Of a DNA stretch of 64,000 nucleotides, positions 53,815 to 64,000 are shown piece after piece; the stretch's first letter is position 1; each line of letters opens with the position of its first letter. Source of the DNA: Cycas panzhihuaensis (lineage: Eukaryota; Plantae; Cycadophyta). A model generated the notes under the pieces. The model ran no database searches and was not told the DNA's origin. It worked only from the letters and a program-made list of their open reading frames with translations. Where the stretch lies: NCBI GenBank assembly GCA_023213395.1, contig CM041465.1:139507741-139571740 (forward strand), written 5' to 3'. The translations under genes and the position numbers were made by a program.

Positions 53815-55574
53815 TTAAATAAATGAAGGATGACAAAGGCATAGAGGGTATCTAATAGTAAAGAGGATTCAAATCCCAATAATAGAAGATATATATATAG
53901 AGATATATTAAGAAATAATAAATAGAAAACAAGCCTAAAAAAAAAAAAAAGAGAACGTTACACCTTATAAACGAGCCAGATAAATACATGATCAGTATTT
54001 CTGAACGTGCAACCAAACTACACTTGGAGGAGATCCATAAACAAAATACTTGTCAAGTCTTTGGATACTAATCCAAGATCCTAATTTGCACCAAAATATT
54101 TCAAAAAATATATTTATATATAAAAGGAATGCATAAAATACCTTGATGAATATGCGTTGCAGTGTTACAATAACATGTAGTAGGAGACAACTCAAAATTA
54201 ATTGAGATAGCTATAATCAATTTATATCAAGCCAAATGTTACCAAGATCAGAGCCCAATAATTCTCAAAGAATGTATATGAGAGGCACCCAAGCTTGCAA
54301 ACAAGGTTAAATACAAAAGGATATTGAAATGTAAGAGAAAAATAGGAGAATAATTGCAGGGTTTTCACAAACCCAAGGAGTACTTAGTGGTCTAAGGAGA
54401 ATATCTCCACTTAGAATGTATGAAATGTCAAACATATTCTTCTATTGTGAAGAGAAATTGATTATGATTAAAATAAATGGTCATTTGCAAGGGTTTTGAG
54501 TAGCATGGAGATCGTACCATCCTGCCAAAGTTAAAGGACCTTGCAAAACCTTTGAAAAAATGGTGAAAAAATGATAAAAAATATCAAGTTTATTAATCAA
54601 AACTTGAAAATAATTACATCAAACTATTGTTGGGATGAATGCACTCGATTTAGCTATAAGTTTCTAAAGAAATACTGATCAAACAAGTCTCATGTAGCAA
54701 ATATATCAAATATTCACTAAAAATTGTAGAACAAATAATGTTAAAACTATATAAGAAATGGAATGTTTAGTAAATGAAGCTTGTCATTGAATGATCATGC
54801 AATTTGATACCAAATAAATGTTTGATCAAGGAGATAGGGAGAAGTAGTACATGAAGTAATCAATCCATTGTATCATAAACATAATTTTATTCAATCCATC
54901 TTATGAGAGTACAATAGATTTCTAAATATTGGTGGTGTCAAAAGACACCAAGGTTAGTCACCCCAAGAAATATATAGTTTGAGGGAGGAGGTAACCCCGC
55001 TCAACCTTCAAAATTTAAACAACATTAAAATAATATTTAACTCAGTAACATTAACCTTACTTGACTTACCTTAACACATATGCGCTCATATGTGCAAAAG
55101 ATGGGAGTGGAGTGATAAGCATTAACCCCAATATTATTCCCTTTCATGTGTATTCATTTATTTAGATTAGGCTCTAAGAAGGACCCTAAGTGAGTAACCC
55201 AAATACTTCTTATGGTTTAACCTATAAGAACTTAGTTTAGATGCTTGTTAGACCTCTCCTTCGTTAAAAGTATTATTATCATTTCAAAGGAGTGATGATC
55301 TATAGACTAGTCGATTATAATAGCATTTAGTAAAGTTAAATACATTTGAGTATCCATTGTGTTATGGCGAGCATTGTATAATGACCATAACAAACCTATA
55401 ATTCAAGGCAATCATAGGGCCAAATGAAGTACATCATCCCAAAAATAGGTTTGGTGACATTTAGTTTGCCATAACTCTCATATAAACCATTGTAGAAGTG
55501 TAACCCTCCCATAAAAGAAAAAAAGAAAAGAAAAGTAACAACACAAAATAACAAAAGGAAAAAAAAAGAGGGAA

Positions 55575-55740
<166 letters not shown>

Positions 55741-56616
55741 TTTAGGAACTTCATCCTCACCTACAATATACAATTTAGGTTTGGTCCTATGCATTGTTCA
55801 AGATCTTTAAGTCTAGTTATTTAGATCCATCGTGACCTCAACTAAGATCAAAACCAATTTAACACTAAGAGGTTAAATAAATAAGCTTTAAAATCATAAT
55901 TAAAATGAGAAAATCCATTCATAGATCTGACCTCCTAAAAGGAGTCTTAGTCAAAGTTAAGTCCACATCTCTAAATCCTATTTCTAATAGTCAACCTATC
56001 TACCAATCCCATATTCATCAAGTTATCTCTGAGTAACCACTACATTCCTTTATAACATTGATAATTCATACTAACTAGCTAAGATGTGTAAACACTAGAC
56101 CTTCTACGACTTCTTCAATCATTAGAGATTATGTTGGCTATATTATAATGAGTGTTTTACTTTTGATCTTAGTAATAACTAATGATATAGTTGAATATAC
56201 CATAGCTATAAAGGCCTTGACTAGTGCACTATAAGTTTCCTTTGGCCTTATTTTACTATTTTTTGATTCATGATTAGTTGTTTATTAGCTCAAGCAAGTA
56301 TATTAAGTCTTTTATCCCCAAGTTCATACCCTTTTTAATACAACTAGGTCCCTACTAACTTGATTTTCTTTAGTCTCTATACAACACATCTCCTAAGAGC
56401 AAGATAATGAAGTCCATCAATTAGTTACATATATTTGTAAGAGGTCTCTATAATAGATCACTCCTCTTTCTTATGGCTTTTGAGCCCATTACAGAGTTTA
56501 CAATTTTGAGTCATTCTTTAGTATTCATAACTTAATAGAAATAAACAACTAATAAGGTTAAACTATGTGGGTCAATCCTCTAAAAATGTTATTGTTAATG
56601 AGGATTAAATCATGCC

Positions 56617-57369
56617 AACCCTCCCAGTATGAACATCTTATTTTTTATGGATTTTTAACCTATTGTAGAGTCTATACTTCTAAGCCATTCTCCAACACTT
56701 ACCTTGAAAGCATAGCCCCTAAAGAGGTTAAACTACAATACATATTCTTTGATGTTCTTATTAACAAGGTTAAATTAAGGGTGGCATTCAATGAAGGAAA
56801 TAAAATGTAAGAGAATAGGGCAAAACATAAAAAAGATAATCAAAACTTCAATACATCAATAGATCATTGTTGCATAATCATGAGAGCCATTGTATTCAAT
56901 CCATATTATGAAGAGAGTTACAAATGTTCAATATTAAGGGTGGTGTCTAAAGACACCAGGGTTGCACACCCCTCAAATTATATAGTTTAGGGTAGGAGGA
57001 AAACTCCTCAACCTCTAAAATTCAAATAATAAAAAAATAATACAAACTTAACTCAAAGTGAACTTAACTCAAATTAATATTAACTTACCTTAAACTTACC
57101 TACACATGTTGAGCACCTACATGTGTAAATTAATGAAGATGAGGTATGTGCTCTTGGTTGGAGGGTGGGAGTGGAGTGATGACTGTTAACTTCAATAACC
57201 CCCTTAGTATGAACATGCTATTTTTTCTGGATTTTGAACCTATTGTAGAGCCTAGACTTTTAAGCCATTCTCCAACACTTACCTTGAAAGCATAGCCCCT
57301 AAAGAGGTTAAACTACAATGCATATTCTTTGATGTTCTTATTAACAAGGTTAAATTAAGGGTGACATTC
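56617..57369 (+). repeat. ~170-bp direct duplication (56617-56789 and 57197-57369) flanking the solo LTR
   Basis: agtatgaacat..taagccattctccaacacttaccttgaaagcatagcccctaaagaggttaaactacaat..gggtg.cattc occurs on both sides. Confidence 0.92.
56792..57197 (-). mobile_element. Solo LTR related to family A
   Basis: TGAAGG start; shares gtattcaatccat, ggtggtgtc..agacacc.gggtt and gggtgggagtggagtgatga..ttaac with the LTRs at 49915 and 54815. Confidence 0.85.
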
Positions 57370-58774
57370 TTTAAGCCTCTACTAACAAACCTAAGCTACA
57401 ATATACCCATCTTTTATCTTTTTATAGAACTAGGGCTTCTAAGCCATTCTCCATTCATTCTTTTCCTTGATTCATGATTTAGAGTACATATTCTATAAGA
57501 AATATTACCAACATTCCTTATCTTACAACACAAGTCTAAGGAGGTTTCATAGGCAAAGGGGCAAATATTTTCTAAAATTTAAGATTCCAATATTCAACAA
57601 TTATTACGTAGATAACTCATATATGCACTTGATATCATGGTTACTATTTTGATTTCATGTTTACATGAATATATAAACTAATATTTGCCTATTATGTGGT
57701 GATGCATACATGCATTTATAGCCTATGATGATGAATAACTTTAGTGATACAATGAAATCCATATACCTAGGCTCAATTTCATGACAAGGAATCCCCATTA
57801 TATCTTAGACCCTCTTAGGCATCATTTTCTCCTTTGTTTGACTCTTTTTTTAATAAAAATATTTATTTCTTTGTTGTCTTGATCATGCCATTGTAAAATC
57901 CTAAAATGTTTTATTTTTCATAATGGTACATTATATATTATTATAAAAAAGGTAATAGTATATGATGTACTATTCTAAAAAGTGAAAATTAACAATAGTA
58001 TAACGTAACACTAATTACATATGGTCCTTATTTTTCAATAATATAAATATATAAAACAATAGTACAATATGTATTATTATAAAAGATATGGAAATATGTA
58101 AAGAACTATTATAAAAAATAAAATGATACACTTTTATACCATTCCAAAATCATGCCCATGTCAAATTTTAGTAAAATTTATATTTTCAACTATATATTTT
58201 CCTATCAAATTAGCTACATTTTCTCATGGGAAGGGAGATGAAGTTAACACTCCACATTACACTTTTCGTTGCAAAATATTTGTGTGAAAATAACTAATTT
58301 TAAACCAATTGAATTCTTCCAAACCATTTTCCTCCTATGCATAGAGGGAAATTAATTTAATTCTTCACCTCCCATCTTTAATGGGATGGGTAAAAACCAT
58401 TTAGTTTTTACCCATACTTTTTCAAAATATTAGGCCCCTTTGCCACCTAATAACTTCTATAAATAGAGATCACATTTTAGATAGAATGGGAGGGAAGAAA
58501 AATAAATTGTTGAGTTTTTAATTAATTTCATGCACTAGTTTGAAACTTATTAAGATTAATTTATGAGAAGCTTCGAAGGATCTTAGAGTACACATTCTAC
58601 ACAAAAATAGCTAGAACCTTATAATGTCAAATTAGTGAGCTAACAATCAAAGGTAATTTTATGGTGAAATATCCACTTAGGACACACAACTTTGACTATT
58701 ATTTTTATTTTCTATTTTATCTCTTTTATTCATCAATCTAGTAGTTGATTCATTCTCATTTATCACCTTACTTT

Positions 58775-61434
58775 TGTTTATATTATATGATTTGATATCA
58801 AGGATATATAATATAAAGCATGCCAAGATTGTGTTAACGATGTACATGATAAAATAAATAAAATATGCACCAAAATATAATATAACCCTTTCAAAGAAAT
58901 GATCATCTCCAATTTGTATTATAAAAAATCAATACATACTTATAACACATGCCACCTTATGGTCATCCAATCATATGCCAAAATCTCTTAGTCATACTAT
59001 GACTATTACATTACAAAGTATGCATGCCATTACTCTGCAACACATATTAAATGGATGCACACTAATCTCCTAGCCTAAGATTATACATTATCTAATATTT
59101 CCCCCTTTAATACCTAATACCTATAGCATATGTTGTATAAAAAATTATATTTTGTCTTTATAAAGAACTAAACATGTATTGGCACATATGCATAATCAAT
59201 CGTTTTATTCATCGGTACTCTAGAATAACCTTCACCTACATGGTTCTCTAATATTTACCTACAAAACAACTTTCACATACTCATATCTTATCTATTTCTA
59301 GTTTCTCCTACTTGAAACTAGACTTTAAAGAGAAAATTGAGCTAAAAAAACATAACCCATTCACTAAACTATAGAACAAACCTATATAAATGGTTATCTA
59401 AGTAAAAACATATGACAAAACATCTGTTCATTTAGGCACAGATTCTAAATTTAACTCAAAAAGCACCTTGTCAAACCATTGCTAGAAATTTAATCCTTAA
59501 AAGTTACTATAAAAAATCTTCAAAGTATATTGTATGACCACTCATTATAAATCCACACAAGTCAACTCTCTAGTGCAACTAACAAAATAGAATTCTAACA
59601 TCATATGAGGAAGATATCAGCATTTAAGTAAATACATGTACCTTAAAAATGAAAACAAAATGAACAATAAAAATAAAGCCCTTTTAGCATTAGCTCACAA
59701 TCAATTTAAATAGTACATAGGACCTCACTAAGTGGTTAGAAGATTTAACATATTATAAGAATATAATTAAATATCTCATAAATATTATAATGTTGTAAAA
59801 AGTATTTTTTAGAATTGCATTGATTGCCATTTGAATATCATAACCTACGTAACCCACGTGAGGCATTTTCAATGCCATGATTATTTACAATTAAATCTAA
59901 TAGTTCCCAATGATTTATGAAGTATATCTATCCTCTAAAATTCAACAATTAACTTAAGAGATAGATCAAAGATGCTTAACATTGAGAAATAAATCATTGA
60001 GGTATTTGATAGCCTTTAATCTACTCACTACTATGACACAATTACACACCAATTAGATAAACTACTAAACTTGTCAAATCAATCCATAAACATAAAAATA
60101 ATACTCATACAAAAATAATAGTGATCATTTAACAAGTAGAGAAGCATAAAACAAAGCCATTCCAATGCTTTAAGACCATCTTTTTACTCAATATTTTGAC
60201 TACTTTTGTAGACCATTTAACATACAAACATAGATCACCAATAGATCTAGAGTCTCTTCAACAAATCTACACTATACAACTACCATTTCACCCCCTCCTC
60301 TCTTGCTCTAGATAAAAAATACAAGTGTACTCATCATTAGCAATTAGTTTTGTAATATCACAAAAATGGCAAACTACTAAATTAGTAACTTGTTGATAGG
60401 GATGGCCCTATGTTGAATCCCTCTTGAACTCAATTTCCTTAACATTTAAAAATTTGGTTGTATTAATTATTATAGGTTAATACAATAATTAGCATGCTCT
60501 GCCACCATTAAATAATCCAAAAAAATAGTGTATTCTGTTACTGAGTCAATTCATTTATTTTACCAAAAACATGCCATAAACCTTCATTGATATGGTGTCC
60601 TCATCACATAATAGAGGGCGTGACATAAAATGGTTCTTCTTACTATCTCAACAACATCAACATGGTAATCAAGTTTAATTTATAAGCCTTATTCTTAGAC
60701 AATCAAGAAAACTTGCATGCACATTAGATAAACATGCATATAAATAGCCCAAAAATTAATTAAAATAGTGGAAAACATCCATGGGATTTGAATAATCATA
60801 ACATTTACACTTTGATAGGATTTATTTCAATACTCAAGTAGTAAAATGCTCTAGATACATAAACTAATATATTTTTTAGAGCCTTATAAGCATGCTTTAG
60901 ACACATGCATTAACATGCTTTAGGTGCCCTGTAAAAATGTGGTTCAATAACCTTTCCACTAACCTATAATGGATTTTACCTTATATATAAGATAATCCCT
61001 CTTATTGGTCATAATAGGCATAGCTAAAATAAGTTATGAATAAATATAAATAGGTGTATATGCTTAGAGTCTTATAATCTCTTTAGGATCAAATAACATC
61101 TCTAGTACCATGTTAAAGTTACACGATTTGATATCATAGATGCATAGTACCAAACACATCAAGACTATATTAACTACATGCATGGCAAAATGAATAAAGC
61201 ATGTGATAAAATATAATAAAACCTTTTCGAAGAAATGATCATCTCTAATTTATATTATGAAAAAAATAATACATATTTATAACACATGCTACCTTATAGT
61301 TATCTAACTATATGCTAGAACCTCCTAGTCACCCTATGACTATTATATTAAGAAGTGTGTGTGCCAAGACCCCACAACACACATTAAAGAGGAACACATT
61401 AATCTCCTAGTCCAAGATTAGACATTATCAAATA
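58775..61434 (-). mobile_element. Non-autonomous LTR element (2.66 kb)
   Basis: LTRs 58775-59097 and 61111-61434; PPT tttcccccttt at 59098; decayed PBS tctctagtacca 61099-61110; TSD not clean; no gag or pol. Confidence 0.85.
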
Positions 61435-62193
61435 TTCTTCATCCATATTTCACCTATTTCCATTATTTCTTTTAGCCAAAAAGGACTACTCCATCATTGG
61501 GGAAGGATTTGAAGTCACTTGGACTCAATTGGGATGATGTAAAACCATAACTTAAGCCTTCAATATACGTCTTATCATATTTAATACTTAGAAATTATTC
61601 TTTCTTAGATTAAAAGTAAATACTATTTATATATGTTACCTTATTGAGCTAACATTTTAGGTGGTAGAGTGATTAAAGGGTTTACATTACAAGTAGTGAA
61701 GGAGGAATACATTGAGTTTTAATTTATTTTCTTTTACATTTCACTTACCTATTGGAAAGGGGAAGTGCTACCTAAATCATATCAGGTTTGCTCCCTTGTT
61801 GCATATTTCAAAGTTAGTTCTAGATGTTATTTTAGTATTTTCATAAGTTATAATAAACCCTTTTTTGTTATAAGTTGATTTGGCAAGCAAAACCACTACC
61901 AAGTTTTTCTTAGATTTTTCTAATACCTAATGGGTCAAATTTGAGTGTTTTCTTATCCCATGTGATGAAAATTAAGTAATTAAAAATGTATAAATATGTA
62001 AATTAAAGTATTTTCAATCAAGTATAATCATGTTCCTCCTTTCATTAATTTTAATATATAAAGTCATAAAAAAGTGGGGGTAGAGAAAGGAAGTTTAACA
62101 TCTTGTATCTACTTGAAAATGTATTTGCTTTTCATTCCTATTAAATTTTTTTCACAAAGTCTAATATGATGCATCTTTAGGACATTCACCTTA

Positions 62194-62650
62194 GCTCTAA
62201 TACCATGTTCAAATTCAATAATGATTTATGCTATTACACTAAGAACAAAGCTCTAATTGACATTGATGTATTTAATCGTATTTAGAAGTATCAATGCTCA
62301 CATGATTATTCAAAATTATGAAGGATAATAAGGGCTATAAAAGAGTAGAAAGTAAAACTATAAATATGCCATAATATTTAATGTGGAAAACACTTGATGG
62401 AAAAAAAACATGAGAGAATAGTAGAGGCTAGCTCTCTCTCATTGTCTAAAATATATTTTTGATATATGTACATATTTATAAATTTATCACCTCATGTATA
62501 TCTAATAAGATATAAGAATCTCATCAACTAATGATTTTATACCAATATATCAACTACTTAGAATATATAAGAGAATCTATATATCAACTAATCATAACTT
62601 ATCACTAATTAAATATTACATTTACTTTTGTAAAATTCAATATTCTAATA
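62194..62650 (-). mobile_element. Orphan 5' end: PBS (62194-62205) and LTR (62206-62650)
   Basis: gctctaatacca followed by TGTTC..aatattctaaTA; same attcacctta-PBS context as 38873-38894. Confidence 0.7.
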
Positions 62651-62766
62651 GTCTCTTTGTCCCTTTCATTTTAAAAAGAAAAAGGAAAGAAATACTTAAT
62701 GCCTATGTTTCTTATATCATATATTTGCATATGTTTATTTATTCCTTTTTTTATTTAATTAAGTAA

Positions 62767-62772
<6 letters not shown>

Positions 62773-62800
<28 letters not shown>
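62773..62800. repeat. (AG)n microsatellite
   Basis: Read directly. Confidence 0.95.
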
Positions 62801-62804
<4 letters not shown>

Positions 62805-64000
62805 CAACCTATTGATACAAAGTTATGCTTATTTAAAAACCTTGGGCATGAAAGAGATTTGCATACATCACGAGTCCCTAAACTTACAAGTGAGAGGTAA
62901 TACATTAGTTAGGCATTTTTATTATATCTATGAAAATAAAATTACACTCTAGCTATATTTTAAAAGTGTGTTATTTTATCTCTAGTTTTCTTAGAAATAA
63001 GGTATGGCCCAATTAGAGGTGGGATTAACTACATGAGTTAGATTTCATCACCAATTGATACAGTAGTCTTATACCTAAGGCATGAGTTATATCCTATCAT
63101 GTTATGAGTAGGCTTGTGGTAGGTAACTACATTGACTATATGTAGTCAAGATAGTTGAAGAAGTACCATATGCTCTATTCAAAGTGGTTTCTTCTCAAAT
63201 CTATTCTCCCTTGGGTGTATTAGGTTATGTAGAGTCAAATGCAAGAGGTGTCTTATCCCCTACATATTCTTAGAGTGGGGTTGGCACTCTAATTTTCTGT
63301 ATATTTGACTGTTGAATTAGAGTCTATAATTTTAGGATCCTAATAGTCACTTCTTCTTAATAATCCTCCTCTTGCTATTTAGATTAAGTTAATATATGTG
63401 TTTATTAGTTAGGTAGGATTAACAGAGGTTGTTACCTTTTGTGGAATAGATCATAGAGTAGAATTATAAGATTATGAAAACATCATTGTATAATTGCTTT
63501 TATGGTCCTCCTAGCTTCTAAGTGCTTCTTACATCTTCTATGCCTATTTTAGAAGGAGATTTTCAACTAGTTTTTTGTTTGATATGCATGATATGCTTAA
63601 TTTATATTTGATCTTATTTCTTAATTCTATCATTTATAAATAGTTTGTCTCATTTACTTTCAACACTTCTTTAGTAAGTGCATCACATCCATCTTTTATA
63701 TGACCTTAACGCTTAGATCTATAACCTTTGAGACACATAGTATCTTAAGATTAGCCATTAAGCCTTCCTCATTGACCTAGGCTCCCAATCTTAAGTCTTG
63801 AGTTAAGTTGAGTGGGTCTACTTCCCTTTTTTTGGTTATAATTGGGTATGTGAGTTGAGTTGGCCCATATGAATATGCAAGATTTTACTCAGTGACTTGT
63901 CCAAAGGCACTTGTGAGTTCCAACTATAGTTGTATATCTAGTTAAGGTAGGCCCCACCTAATAATGTTACATGGGAATATTAGCTATAGGATAAATGAGA

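Larger units (their letters stand above)
49915..55133 (-). mobile_element. Non-autonomous gag-only LTR element (family A LTRs)
   Basis: LTRs 49915-50241 and 54815-55133; TSD ttatc/ttatt; PPT ttttccccctt at 50242; PBS aatttgatacca 54801-54812; no pol. Confidence 0.9.

Noticed and set aside
53694-53879. ORFs with THTH runs (also 26139-26342)
   Set aside because: Translation of CA/TG microsatellites.

Overview
AT-rich eukaryotic DNA, most likely from a land plant with a large genome (gymnosperm-like, an inference from element types). It consists almost entirely of old, nested LTR retrotransposons heavily decayed by C>T/G>A changes, and I found no intact host gene. Layout from left to right: (1) a minus-strand chromovirus-type Ty3/gypsy pol remnant with its PBS and LTR (to 2862), inserted in the antisense plant-mobile-domain (PMD) ORF of a Tat/Ogre-like element that ends near 7432; (2) a plus-strand chromovirus (7433-30252) whose RT is split by a complete Tat-like element (9569-27451, 2.5-kb LTRs), which itself holds a full copia (15111-22495) and a truncated copia 5' end; (3) a full copia (30887-37942); (4) a three-LTR composite with inverted arms and a single TSD (39597-44227) carrying hAT-like cargo; (5) a TRIM, a gag-only non-autonomous element (49915-55133), a solo LTR inside a ~170-bp duplication, a non-coding LTR element (58775-61434) and orphan 5' ends. 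The most unusual observations are the inverted three-LTR composite (probable autointegration product), one LTR family associated with both gypsy and copia coding sequence, and the solo LTR with a very long flanking duplication. All alignments and translations were done by eye; no searches were run.
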